From: Candidatus Dormiibacterota bacterium
GTDB taxonomy: Bacteria > Chloroflexota > Dormibacteria > Aeolococcales > Bog-877
Reading direction: 5' to 3'
Assembly: GCA_027313505.1 (NCBI GenBank)
Contig: DAHVDN010000001.1
Span: 43,366 to 107,365 of the forward strand
Length of the DNA stretch: 64,000 bases
Position 1 is the first letter of the stretch. Every line of letters starts with the position of its first letter. The position numbers were made by a program, and so were the translations under genes. Under the pieces are notes generated by a model, which was not told the origin of the DNA, made no database searches, and saw only the letters and a list, made by a program, of their open reading frames with translations. Of the stretch, positions 49,553 through 59,388 are shown piece after piece.

Positions 49553-51102
49553 ACCCGGCTGATTCGAACAACCGCGGGGTGACCGTCCTTGGGGACGCTG
49601 GTCAGGCTCAGGTTGAGGTCCTGACGGAGTCGGCGTTGGCGTTTGTGGTAGGTCTGGAACGAAGGCTGCGCGGTGCGCGCCGTGAGATCCTGGACGCCCG
49701 GGCGAGTCTTCAGTCTGCCTTCGATGCAGGGCTTCTCCCCGACTTCCTCGGTGACAGCTCCACCCTGCGCCAGGATCTCACCTGGAAAGTCAGGCCGGCA
49801 CCACCAGACCTGATGGACCGGAGGGTCGAGATCACGGGCCCGGTGGATCGGAAGATGGTCATCAACGCGCTCAATTCCGGTGCCCAGACCTACATGGCCG
49901 ACTTCGAGGACTCCAACTCCCCCACCTGGTCCAACTGCATGGAGGGCCAGGCGAACCTGATGGCAGCGGTGCGGCGGACGATCTCCCTCGACTCACCCGG
50001 AAAGGAGTATCGGCTCAACTCCAAGGTGGCCACCTTACTGATGCGCCCTCGCGGCTGGCACCTTGAGGACAGGCACCTGATCGTTGACGGCCAGCCGGTC
50101 TCCGCCAGCCTTCTCGACTTTGGGCTTTTCATCTTCCACAACGCTCAAACGCTCATTCAATCGGGGAGCGGTCCCTACCTTTACCTCCCTAAATTGGAGA
50201 GTCACCTGGAAGCCCGCCTTTGGGAGCGGGCCTGTCTGCTCGCGGAGGAGGAGCTGGCTCTCGAACATGGCTCCATCCGGGTCACCGTGTTGATTGAGAA
50301 CATCCTGGCAGCCTTCGAGATGGAAGAAATTCTGTTTGAACTGCGAGACCGATGCGCGGGGCTGAACGCCGGCCGATGGGACTACCTCTTCTCCGTAATT
50401 CGCAAGTTTAGGAGCCGATCGGATTTCGTCCTTCCAGACAGGGCGGCGGTGAGCATGACCGTGCCCTTCATGCAGAGCTACACCGACCTCCTGGTGAAAA
50501 CCTGCCACCGACGTGGAGCCCACGCCATGGGGGGGATGTCGGCCTTCGTCCCCAATAGGCATGACCTTCCCGGGACCGCGGTCGCACTTGCCAAGGTCAC
50601 CCAGGACAAGCTCCGCGAGGTCGGGCAGGGGTTCGACGGCAGCTGGGTGGCTCACCCGGACCTGGTCTCTACCGCCCTCTCCGTCTTCGACGAGAAGCTG
50701 ATGGGTGCCCCCAACCAATTGGAGCGAAACCGGCCCGATGTGCTGGTGGGCCGCGACCAGCTGCTGAGCTTCCCCGCGACGCCGGGCGAGATAACAGACC
50801 AGGGCATCCTGCTCAACATCTCGGTGGGCTTGCGCTACCTCGACGCCTGGTTGGCGGGGCGGGGAGCGGTGGCAATCGACAGCCTGATGGAGGACGCGGC
50901 GACTGCGGAGATCTCCCGCTCCCAGATCTGGCAGTGGCGACGGCACTCCCGCATGACCGAGACCCAGCTGAGTTCGGCGCTCAGCCGGGTGGTCGCCGAG
51001 GCTGGCCCGATGGAGGCAGCCAGCTCGCTCTTCGAGGAGGTCGCGCTCGGTCAGCAGTTCGTGGAGTTCTTCACAGTTCCGGGATGTCGGCTGTTGCCCT
51101 GA
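49549..51102 (+). CDS. aceB: Malate synthase A
   Basis: [74 protein letters not shown] overlap with aceA. Confidence 0.97.
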   Translation: MNPADSNNRGVTVLGDAGQAQVEVLTESALAFVVGLERRLRGARREILDARASLQSAFDAGLLPDFLGDSSTLRQDLTWKVRPAPPDLMDRRVEITGPVDRKMVINALNSGAQTYMADFEDSNSPTWSNCMEGQANLMAAVRRTISLDSPGKEYRLNSKVATLLMRPRGWHLEDRHLIVDGQPVSASLLDFGLFIFHNAQTLIQSGSGPYLYLPKLESHLEARLWERACLLAEEELALEHGSIRVTVLIENILAAFEMEEILFELRDRCAGLNAGRWDYLFSVIRKFRSRSDFVLPDRAAVSMTVPFMQSYTDLLVKTCHRRGAHAMGGMSAFVPNRHDLPGTAVALAKVTQDKLREVGQGFDGSWVAHPDLVSTALSVFDEKLMGAPNQLERNRPDVLVGRDQLLSFPATPGEITDQGILLNISVGLRYLDAWLAGRGAVAIDSLMEDAATAEISRSQIWQWRRHSRMTETQLSSALSRVVAEAGPMEAASSLFEEVALGQQFVEFFTVPGCRLLP

Positions 51103-51277
51103 GCGTGGGGCTGCTTGGCCCTGACGGTCCTGTGACAAGGGTGGCGAGGGAGCCGACATGGGTTGTCGGACTCCCGGCCCTCTGATATCGTCGCTGCAGG
51201 GTTCGGAAGTGATGGCCGGCCGGGCTCTGGACAATTCCCGCCACAGCCGGCCGGCAGCGACAGGGAGTGCTTGAGGA

Positions 51278-51997
51278 ATGGCCAGAAAACCAGCCCCGCA
51301 AGAGGATGCGCCTTCCGTCCGCTACGGAGAGGCCGAAGGCGGGGGCTGTGACCACGCCGGGTGCACCAATACCGAGGCCTACCGATGCCTCTACCGAGAC
51401 CGTCGGGCAGTTGACTGCGCCTGGGTTGCCTGCCGCGACCACCTCAAGGTGGTTGACGATAGGGCCTACTGCATGAGGCACGCCGGCGTCGTCGAGGTCC
51501 TCATCATGGCGCACCGCCAAGGAACCGAGCTCCTGCCACCGGACCTGGACGACCGCTGCGCCTCGCTGGTGCGGGCTGTGGCCAACGATCTGAACGAGCC
51601 GGTGGTGGAGCGGTTGGTCCGCTGGGGCGACACCAACACCAGCATCATCAATGACCCGTCAATCCGCTACACCAGGGCAGACCGAATCCACCATGATCCC
51701 GGTCATTGGGAGAGGGTGTGGGGGCTGGCGACCAGGACCGGGATCCTGCTTCGAGTGGGGCTTCGCGTCGAGGACACCCGGCCCGAGACAGTTATCTTGA
51801 CCGGGGGAGTGACCCACCTGGTGGCAACCATTCCTCCCTGGATCCAGCGGCATCTAAATGGAGATCCGATGCAGGGGTCCCAGTCGGAGCTGGTGGAGCG
51901 CCTGGCGTTTCAGCAGCAACTGCTCCAAGCTCTCGATGAGCACGTCGAGAAGTACGGGATCACCTTTCCCCACTCGGTGATGCGGTCGCCCGTCTGA
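51278..51997 (+). CDS. Hypothetical protein with an N-terminal Cys/His zinc-finger-like cluster
   Basis: C-x4-C-x7-C-x9-C-x4-C-x2-H-x9-C-x2-H; 239-aa ORF filling the gap between aceB and fbiC. Confidence 0.75.
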   Translation: MARKPAPQEDAPSVRYGEAEGGGCDHAGCTNTEAYRCLYRDRRAVDCAWVACRDHLKVVDDRAYCMRHAGVVEVLIMAHRQGTELLPPDLDDRCASLVRAVANDLNEPVVERLVRWGDTNTSIINDPSIRYTRADRIHHDPGHWERVWGLATRTGILLRVGLRVEDTRPETVILTGGVTHLVATIPPWIQRHLNGDPMQGSQSELVERLAFQQQLLQALDEHVEKYGITFPHSVMRSPV

Positions 51998-52032
51998 CGT
52001 CCGACCTTGCCCGGAGCTTCATAATCTGACCC

Positions 52033-54030
52033 ATGGCCTACGAAGCGATCTTGCCGATTCAGGCTGGGGTGGCCACCCGGCACCATCCCGACTACCACGA
52101 CCGTTATCTCACCTTCAGCCGCAGTTACACCCTGGACGTCACCTACCGCTGCTACCGTCGCTGCGGATACTGCGAATATCGACAGGACCATGGGGACCTC
52201 ATCTCCTGGGAGGAGGTGGACCGCCGCCTCCAGGAGGCGGCATCCCTTGGCTGTCGGGAGCTCCTCATCATGTCTGGCGAGCAGCCATGGAGACTTCCCG
52301 ACCTGGGGCTGGCCGGAGAACCCGAGTTTGTCGATCGGGTAGTTGAGATCTGCCGTCGCGCCATGGGTCGCGGGCTGCTGCCCCACACCAATGTGGGGCT
52401 CCTGTCGCGCGAAAGCCTTGAGGCGCTGCGCCCCTGGAACGCATCCATGGGGTTGATGTTGGAGACCGCCACCGACCGCATCCCCGCCCACGCGATGGGA
52501 GGAGGGAAGCGGTTCGAGGAGAGGTTGCGCCACCTAAATGACGCCGGAGAACTGAGGATTCCCTTCACAACTGGCATTCTGGTCGGAATCGGAGAGACCC
52601 GGGCGGACCGGGCGCGGGCTCTGACATCGATTGGGGACAGCCACAGGCAACACGGCCATATCCAGGAGGTCATAGTCCAGAACTTCGTCCCCAAGCCCGG
52701 GACCCCGATGGCCGCCTCTGAGGCCCCTACCTGGGAGACCATCCGCGAGGCGGTGGAGATGGCCCGGCAGCTCCTGCCAGCCGATGTGACGGTGCAGGTC
52801 CCGCCGAATCTGAACTTCGCGGAGTGGCCGCAGCTGGTGGAGGCCGGCGCCCGGGACCTTGGGGGAATCTCTGCCGACGGTGACTCCGTCAGCCCCGCGC
52901 AGCCGTGGCCGCAAGAGCAGGAGCTCGTGACCAAGGCTGCCAGTCTCGGATACCGGCTCCAGGAGCGGCTCCCGGTCTACCAGGAGACCTTGGCCGATCT
53001 GCGTTGGGCGGCGGACTCGCTGCGGCGGGAGCTGGTTGGGGACGAGGTCACCTACGTCATCAACCGCAATGTCAACATCAGCAATGTTTGCGTCGGCAGC
53101 TGCAAATTCTGTGGTTTCAAGCGGGGTTCCCTGCAAGCGAAGGGCGCCTACTTTCACGACCATGACACCATTTTCTCCAAGTTGGAGGATGCCGTAGCCA
53201 GAGGGGCCACGGAGATCTGCATGCAGTCCGGCCTCACCCCGGAGCTGAATCTTGCGTTCTACGACACCCTGTTCCGGGAGATCAAGGATAGGTGGCCGAC
53301 CCTGCACCTGCATGCGCTTTCCCCAGAGGAGATCCGCTACCTGGCCCAACTTTCAGGACGCACGGTGGAGGACGTCATACGGCAGCTTCAGGATGCCGGG
53401 CTGGGCACCATGCCGGGCACCGCGGCAGAGATTTTGGTGGAAGAGGTCCGCCGGATCCTATGCCCTGAGAAGCTCACCACCGAGGACTGGATCGACGTGA
53501 TGCGAACCGCGCACCGGGTGGGGCTACGAACCACCGCGACCATAATGTACGGGCATATCGAAACCCCCTGGCACCGGCTGCGGCACCTGGAGGTGATTCG
53601 CGACCTGCAGCGTGAAACCGGCGGCTTCAGTGAATTCGTGTTGCTTCCATTTCAGGTTGAGCACAACACGCTGGGCAAGTATTTCGGGATCCTCCGTCCG
53701 CTCACATTGGAGGATTCCCTGCGCTTCACCGCCTACTGTCGGCTCTACTTCGGAGCTGACATTCCCAACATCCAGACCAGCTGGGTGAAGTTGGGGGCAC
53801 AGGGGGTGGCGGAGTCGCTGAGCTGGGGAGCCAACGACTTCGGGGGAACCCTCATGGAGGAGTCGATCACCCGGATGAGTGGCGCCAACCACGGTCAGAA
53901 CCTGGATCCGCAAGAGATCGAGGCGGCGATCCGTTCGGTCGGCAGGCCGGCGCGCGAACGCGACACCCTCTATCGACCGGTCAGCTCTCGCCCCCGCGAT
54001 TTACAGATGCAGAGCGCCGCGATCGCCTGA
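52033..54030 (+). CDS. fbiC: Bifunctional FO synthase, CofG-CofH fusion (F420 biosynthesis)
   Basis: CofG half: TFSRS, CYRRCGYC, LPHTNVG, ASMGLMLE, PFTTGILVGIGE, GHIQEVIVQNF, QVPPNL, ERLPVY. CofH half: VTYVINRNVN, CVGSCKFC, MPGTAAEIL, TATIMYGHIE, NIQTSWVKLG, DFGGTLMEE. Confidence 0.93.
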   Translation: MAYEAILPIQAGVATRHHPDYHDRYLTFSRSYTLDVTYRCYRRCGYCEYRQDHGDLISWEEVDRRLQEAASLGCRELLIMSGEQPWRLPDLGLAGEPEFVDRVVEICRRAMGRGLLPHTNVGLLSRESLEALRPWNASMGLMLETATDRIPAHAMGGGKRFEERLRHLNDAGELRIPFTTGILVGIGETRADRARALTSIGDSHRQHGHIQEVIVQNFVPKPGTPMAASEAPTWETIREAVEMARQLLPADVTVQVPPNLNFAEWPQLVEAGARDLGGISADGDSVSPAQPWPQEQELVTKAASLGYRLQERLPVYQETLADLRWAADSLRRELVGDEVTYVINRNVNISNVCVGSCKFCGFKRGSLQAKGAYFHDHDTIFSKLEDAVARGATEICMQSGLTPELNLAFYDTLFREIKDRWPTLHLHALSPEEIRYLAQLSGRTVEDVIRQLQDAGLGTMPGTAAEILVEEVRRILCPEKLTTEDWIDVMRTAHRVGLRTTATIMYGHIETPWHRLRHLEVIRDLQRETGGFSEFVLLPFQVEHNTLGKYFGILRPLTLEDSLRFTAYCRLYFGADIPNIQTSWVKLGAQGVAESLSWGANDFGGTLMEESITRMSGANHGQNLDPQEIEAAIRSVGRPARERDTLYRPVSSRPRDLQMQSAAIA

Positions 54031-54496
54031 CCGGACCGGGCAGAGAACGGCCCAGCGCCAACCCGGCAAGAAGGAAAACCGCCTCGACCAACCGGGTCAC
54101 CAACTCATTCTCACCTTGGGCGGGGATCAGCAGGATGGCGACGGCGCCGGGAAAGAAGTACCACCGCCACGAATAGCGGCTGGCGGCAATGCGCTCCCGG
54201 TAGAAGATTCCAAAGGAGATGCCGAGCAGCAGGCAGACTGTTCCGAGGGCCAGGTAGCCCACCAGGTACTGGGTCGCTCTCGATGACCCAAGGCCGACCG
54301 TTAGCCGGATGGCCAGCGGCGGGAGATAGTCGGTGGCATAGAAGGTGACCAGCACCCAGCCCATGCTGTGGATGCAGAACGTGGACACCGCCAGCCCCCG
54401 GCGCCGGCGCTCCGCCTTGGCCACCTCCTCCGCTTGAGCGGTTCCGTTCTCAGTTGGGTTCAGTCCTTCATCGATTCGCTCGCTGTCCACGGGCAT
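53981..54496 (-). CDS. Hypothetical membrane protein
   Basis: 171-aa ORF with about 4 hydrophobic segments, filling the gap between fbiC and recJ; 3' end overlaps the fbiC 3' end. Confidence 0.6.
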   Translation of the reverse strand: MPVDSERIDEGLNPTENGTAQAEEVAKAERRRRGLAVSTFCIHSMGWVLVTFYATDYLPPLAIRLTVGLGSSRATQYLVGYLALGTVCLLLGISFGIFYRERIAASRYSWRWYFFPGAVAILLIPAQGENELVTRLVEAVFLLAGLALGRSLPGPVRRSRRSASVNRGGES

Positions 54497-54592
54497 CAGT
54501 TTGACCTTACCTGGTACCTGAGCGGTCGGACGTAGACTGAGCGGGCCTTGCCGAAACTTCCCGCGCCGATGGCTTTCGCTCGGGGACGCTGA

Positions 54593-56302
54593 GTGCGCCG
54601 GGCGTTGAGGAGGTGGGAGCCGGCCGAGGCCGCTTTTGCGGGGCGGCAGCTATCGGTGCTGGAGCGGGTGCTGGCGGCACGGGAGGTCTCCGGAATCGGC
54701 GAGGGTCAGGTCGGCGAGCCCATCGACCACGATCCCTGGCTGCTCACGGATATGGCGGGGGCTGTGGAGCTCGTCAAGCAGGCCGTCAGCGACGCGGTGA
54801 AAATTGCGATCTACGGTGACTACGACGCCGACGGTGTCACCGCCTGCGCCCTGCTGGTTCGGGCACTCTCGGTTCTGGGGATAGCGCCACTGGCATACAT
54901 CCCCAATCGGGAGAGCGAGGGGTACGGCCTCAATCGGCAGGCCTTACAGGAGCTCTCGGAGCGAGGGGCGGGGTTGGTCATCACAGTGGACTGTGGGACG
55001 ACCGCAGTCGAGGTGGCGGCTTCGCGGCCCGCTGAAATGCGCCTCCTCATAACCGATCACCATCTGCCCCTGGTCACGTCACCCGGGGCAACACCCGAAC
55101 TGGCCCCGGCGGACGCGCTGGTCAATCCCCAGCGCCCCGGCGACCTCTATCCGTTCCGAGGGCTGGCCGGGGTCGGGGTCGCCTACAAGCTGGTCCAGGC
55201 GTTGGAGCTCGACGGCCTTTTGCCAAGTGGCACCGCGGCCAGTCAGCTACCTCTGGTCGCGCTGGGAACGGTGGCTGACCTCATGCCCCTGCGTGGAGAG
55301 AACCGGTCCCTCGTGCTAAGAGGGCTGGCCGTTTGGGCTGACCGTGCGCCCGTTGGTCTCCTGGCGCTGGCACGTGGTGCGGGAATCGATGGGACCCCCA
55401 CCAGCGCGGATCTCGGCTTTTCGATCGGGCCTCGGATCAACGCCGCCGGCCGCATGGAGGATGCGAGCCTGGCCCTCGAGTGCTGCCTGGCGGCCACCCC
55501 AGCCGAGGCCACGAGGGCGGCGCTGGCACTGGAGAAGCTCAATCGCGATCGTCGCGACTCGCTGTCTACGGCCATGGCGGTGGCTCGGCCCCTGGTCGAG
55601 CAGCTCGACGATAGCCTGGCCTCCATCGTGATCGGGGACGAGGGCTTTCCCGCCGGCGTCGTGGGCCTTGTCGCCGGGCGCCTTGCGGACGAGTTCCAGC
55701 GTCCCACATTCGTCTACGCGATGTCGGGGGAGGAGTGGAAGGGGTCCGCTCGAGGAGCTCCCGGACTCAATATCGTCAACGCTCTTTCCGAGTGCTCTGC
55801 CAATCTGGTTCGGTACGGCGGCCACCAGGGAGCAGGAGGGTTCAGCGTCCGGCCGGAGCGCGGGGCCCCTCAGCGCTTCGCCCAGGCGGTGGAGCGAGCT
55901 GTCCGTTTGCAGGTGAGCCAGCCCGAGCAATGCCGGGTCTTCCATATCGACGCCCAGGTCAACCTTGCGGACTGCACTCTGAAGCTGGCGGACGAGCTCA
56001 CCGCGCTCGGACCGTTTGGAAGTGGCAACCCGCCGGTACTCCTGCTGGCCAGCGGCTGTCGCGTCGTCCGCACTGAGCCCTTCGGCAAGGGCCGGGAGCA
56101 TCTGAGAGCGGTGCTGGACGACGGGACCGCTGAGGTCGAGGCCATCAGCTTCAATCGCCCCGGCCTGGGCCAGCATCTTCCCTCGGGAAGGCTGGTCGAT
56201 GCCCTCTTCGAGCTGGGAGCGGACCGCTGGCGGGGCCGTGAACGGCTTCGCCTTCTGCTTCGGGACCTGCGTCCGACCAGGTCACCGATTGGAGTCCGGT
56301 AG
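54593..56302 (+). CDS. recJ: Single-stranded-DNA-specific exonuclease RecJ
   Basis: IYGDYDADG, EGYGL, ITVDCG, ITDHH, LAGVGVAYK, LGTVAD, GPRINAAGR, KGSARG, GGHQGAGG, PFGSGNPP. Confidence 0.96.
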   Translation: MRRALRRWEPAEAAFAGRQLSVLERVLAAREVSGIGEGQVGEPIDHDPWLLTDMAGAVELVKQAVSDAVKIAIYGDYDADGVTACALLVRALSVLGIAPLAYIPNRESEGYGLNRQALQELSERGAGLVITVDCGTTAVEVAASRPAEMRLLITDHHLPLVTSPGATPELAPADALVNPQRPGDLYPFRGLAGVGVAYKLVQALELDGLLPSGTAASQLPLVALGTVADLMPLRGENRSLVLRGLAVWADRAPVGLLALARGAGIDGTPTSADLGFSIGPRINAAGRMEDASLALECCLAATPAEATRAALALEKLNRDRRDSLSTAMAVARPLVEQLDDSLASIVIGDEGFPAGVVGLVAGRLADEFQRPTFVYAMSGEEWKGSARGAPGLNIVNALSECSANLVRYGGHQGAGGFSVRPERGAPQRFAQAVERAVRLQVSQPEQCRVFHIDAQVNLADCTLKLADELTALGPFGSGNPPVLLLASGCRVVRTEPFGKGREHLRAVLDDGTAEVEAISFNRPGLGQHLPSGRLVDALFELGADRWRGRERLRLLLRDLRPTRSPIGVR

Positions 56303-56430
56303 CCAAAGGCGTCTATGATGCCGAAGGCCGGGTTGTGCATGACCGATCAGGTCCTGTACATGGCACCGGTGCACCCCCTGGGAGGTGATGATGTGGCGCC
56401 GCATCGTGTGATGTCCCGCTCGGCACCGGC

Positions 56431-58047
56431 TTGGGTCTTCATGCGGCGCCTGGCCGCGGTGTTACTTCCTCAACGGCCGCCGGGCCCGGGCCATCTTTCG
56501 TGGTAGCCGTCCTGGGAAGAGCAAGGGGGGCTGGGCTCGGGCTCTGCGCCGGCGGTATGGCCATCTTCGCCATGCTGGTGCTGCGGCTGGCGGTCGGCCT
56601 CCCCGCCCTGATTGACGTGATTGGCACCGGTCTGGCACTCCTGCTTCCGGGGCCGGTGTTCGGAGCGATGATAGACGCGCTGCAGGAACGCGGCCGTCCG
56701 CTGCTGCTCCTGGGGACTTCGGTTCTGATCCTGGTCATCGCCACCTTGCTGGGAGCCCTGATGGCTCGGTGGTCCTGGCGGCTGGTGGCTGCGGCGCCTG
56801 CCGAGGGCCCATCAAGAAGGGGCACCTTATGGGGCAGGTGGCTCATCCCCGGGATCGCACTCTGGCTCCTGACCCTTCCGCTGGTGGCGCTTGCCGAGGG
56901 CGGCCTCGACACGCTTGCAACCTGGACCACCCTCTTGGACTGGCTGCTGATCTCCGGGATGGTCGAGGTGCTGCTCAGCCTTCCCCAGCTCGGAGGCAGC
57001 AGCGGGGGGGTGACCGGCTCTCAGGGGGTTGGCGTCCTCACCAGGCGTCGGTTCCTGGTTGCTTCAGGCGGAGTGCTCGGAGCGGCGTCGTTGGGGTACC
57101 TGGGCACCAGGGCCCTGACGGCCGGTTCTCCGCCACTTCCGAGGCTCGCAGGGCCGGGGTCGGTCCACGGCCGCTTGCCCGAAGGGGTGACTCCCACCTC
57201 GGACTTCTACGTCGTCTCCATCGATCTCTTTGGGCCGCCGCGGGTGAACGCCTCCACCTGGGGCCTCCAGTTGGACGGGCTCCGGGGCTCTAAGATCGGC
57301 TACGGGGAGCTGCTCGCCCTTCCTGCGGTGGAGCAGATCCAGACGCTGGAGTGCATCTCCAACCCGGTGGGCGGCACTCTGATCAGCAATGGAGTCTGGA
57401 GGGGAGTTCCCCTGGGCACCCTTCTCAATCGAGTCGGAGTGCCGTCCGGTACTCAGAACATCATTTTCCACTGTGCCGACGGATACTCGGAGAGCCTGCC
57501 AGTGGACGAGGCGATGGCCTCATCCACCCTCATCGCGACCCATCTCAACGGTTCGGCGCTGCCCGCTCAACACGGTTTCCCGGCCAGGATTTTGGTGGCT
57601 GGCCATTATGGGATGAAAGACCCCAAGTGGCTCACTCGAATCTCCACCTCCAAGAACTCCTTCAGCGGATACTGGGAGCAGCAGGGTTGGAATGCCGCAG
57701 CGGTGCCTCATATCTTCTCCCGCTTTGACTTTCCTGGAGGGAGCACCCGGCTCAGCGCTGGAGAGCAATACCTGCTCACCGGTATCGCCTTCGCGGGTCA
57801 GCTGGGGGTGGGGGCGGTGCAGGTCAGCTTCGACGGGGGGGCACGGTGGACTGAGGCCCGTCTCCAGCGCCCGCTTTCCCAATTCTCGTGGACCATCTGG
57901 AGCCTCCCCTGGCGGCCGAGGTCCGGGCTCTACACCCTCTTAGTCCGAGCCGCCGACGGACTGGGGCGATTTCAGGCGCGGGGAGGGGGCGGCACCTATC
58001 CGAACGGAGCCAGCGGCTACCAGGTGATTGTGGTGAGCGTGACCTGA
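56431..58047 (+). CDS. Membrane-anchored molybdopterin oxidoreductase, sulfite-oxidase family
   Basis: N-terminal TMs, internal TRRRFL, TPTSDFYVV, Mo-Cys TLECISNPVGG, WRGVPL, HGFPAR, YGMKDPKWL, YWEQQGW, Ig-like dimerisation domain. Start uncertain (56431 or 56500). Confidence 0.9.
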   Translation: MGLHAAPGRGVTSSTAAGPGPSFVVAVLGRARGAGLGLCAGGMAIFAMLVLRLAVGLPALIDVIGTGLALLLPGPVFGAMIDALQERGRPLLLLGTSVLILVIATLLGALMARWSWRLVAAAPAEGPSRRGTLWGRWLIPGIALWLLTLPLVALAEGGLDTLATWTTLLDWLLISGMVEVLLSLPQLGGSSGGVTGSQGVGVLTRRRFLVASGGVLGAASLGYLGTRALTAGSPPLPRLAGPGSVHGRLPEGVTPTSDFYVVSIDLFGPPRVNASTWGLQLDGLRGSKIGYGELLALPAVEQIQTLECISNPVGGTLISNGVWRGVPLGTLLNRVGVPSGTQNIIFHCADGYSESLPVDEAMASSTLIATHLNGSALPAQHGFPARILVAGHYGMKDPKWLTRISTSKNSFSGYWEQQGWNAAAVPHIFSRFDFPGGSTRLSAGEQYLLTGIAFAGQLGVGAVQVSFDGGARWTEARLQRPLSQFSWTIWSLPWRPRSGLYTLLVRAADGLGRFQARGGGGTYPNGASGYQVIVVSVT

Positions 58048-58082
58048 CCGTCCCTTCGCGGAGTGGGTACACTCGCCGGACC

Positions 58083-59384
58083 ATGGCTGCCAACCTTCCG
58101 CCGAGAGTGCCTCCCCCCTTTACACCCGGTCCAACCGGACCGGTTGTAACCTCCGGTCCCACCGGCTCTTCGGAGAGGGAACAGCCGGACGGTCTGGGGC
58201 GGTCAGCGATTCTCTGGGGACGGTCGGCAGCGGTGTTGCTGACGGCATTTTTGGCTTACCAGATCGTGCTGGTGGTCAAGGGGCTGGCGGCCGCGGTCCT
58301 GTCGGTGGTGATCTGCGCTCTGCTGGCGGCGATCATCTCGTTCCTCGGATCTCCGATCGCGGACCGTCTGGACCGACGTCTCCACATCCCCAGGACCCTG
58401 GCCGTGTTGCTGACCATGGTGGTCGGTATCGGCCTGGTGGCCCTTGTGGGCTGGCTCGCCTCCGGACCGCTGGTCACCGAGGGGCGGGGACTGGCGGCGC
58501 AAACTCCGGGGTTTGTCCGGCGGATGGACAGGCTGGTCGCTCAGGTCGAGGGCCAGCTCCAGAGTCATGGGATCAAGGTCAACGCGGTCAGCTTTGTGAC
58601 CTCGAAGCTGGCATCATTGGCTCCTCAGCTGACCGGCATAGCGGTGACCGGTATCACCAGCACAATCGGCATTCTGGTCGACGCCATCATCTCCATCGTC
58701 CTGGCCTTCTGGCTGATGCGAGACGGTGCCCATTTACGCCAGAGCTTCGTGGCCCTCTTCCCGACCAGGGTGGCGAGGGACCTGAACTTCGGGCTGGACG
58801 CCTTCGCAGTCGTCATAGGTGGCTATGTCCGCGCCCAGCTCTTCTTGGCAGTGGTGGTGGGGGCCATGGCCGGGGTCGGGACCTTTCTACTAGGGGTGCC
58901 CTTCCCTCTCGTGGTGGCGCTGGCGGCGGGAGTCTTTGAGCTGATCCCTCTGGTCGGGCCCTTCGCCGGTGGAGCGGTGGCCCTGCTGCTGGCCCTGACC
59001 AAGAGCCCCACCCTTGCCCTAGTCACCCTTGTCCTCTTCCTCGGCATCCACGTGATCGAGGGGTATCTCCTGGTGCCGAGGATCCAGGCCAGGTTCGTCC
59101 AGCTGCACCCTGTCGTGACCCTTTTGGCGCTGTTCGCTGGGGTGGAGGTGGGTGGATTCCTGGGAGCGTTGGTGGCGGTACCCGCCGCCAGCTATCTGAC
59201 GGTGCTGATCCGTGCCGGAGTGGGGGACTGGCGAGCCCAGCGGCCGGACCTCTACAGCGTGGGCCGCGGAGACAGCCTGGGAGATATCCGCAACCGAAGA
59301 CTGCTTCGCAGCTTCAGGATCCGTCGGCGGGCTGAGCGGCCCTCCGAGGGACCTCGGCAGCAGCCGCCAGCTTCTCCAGAGTAA
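58083..59384 (+). CDS. AI-2E family transporter
   Basis: Multiple TMs, GGYVRAQL, FELIPLVGP, IEGYLLVPRI, LHPVVTLLAL, GFLGALVAVP; ATG 58083 follows TACACT. Confidence 0.92.
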   Translation: MAANLPPRVPPPFTPGPTGPVVTSGPTGSSEREQPDGLGRSAILWGRSAAVLLTAFLAYQIVLVVKGLAAAVLSVVICALLAAIISFLGSPIADRLDRRLHIPRTLAVLLTMVVGIGLVALVGWLASGPLVTEGRGLAAQTPGFVRRMDRLVAQVEGQLQSHGIKVNAVSFVTSKLASLAPQLTGIAVTGITSTIGILVDAIISIVLAFWLMRDGAHLRQSFVALFPTRVARDLNFGLDAFAVVIGGYVRAQLFLAVVVGAMAGVGTFLLGVPFPLVVALAAGVFELIPLVGPFAGGAVALLLALTKSPTLALVTLVLFLGIHVIEGYLLVPRIQARFVQLHPVVTLLALFAGVEVGGFLGALVAVPAASYLTVLIRAGVGDWRAQRPDLYSVGRGDSLGDIRNRRLLRSFRIRRRAERPSEGPRQQPPASPE

Positions 59385-59388
59385 GGGG

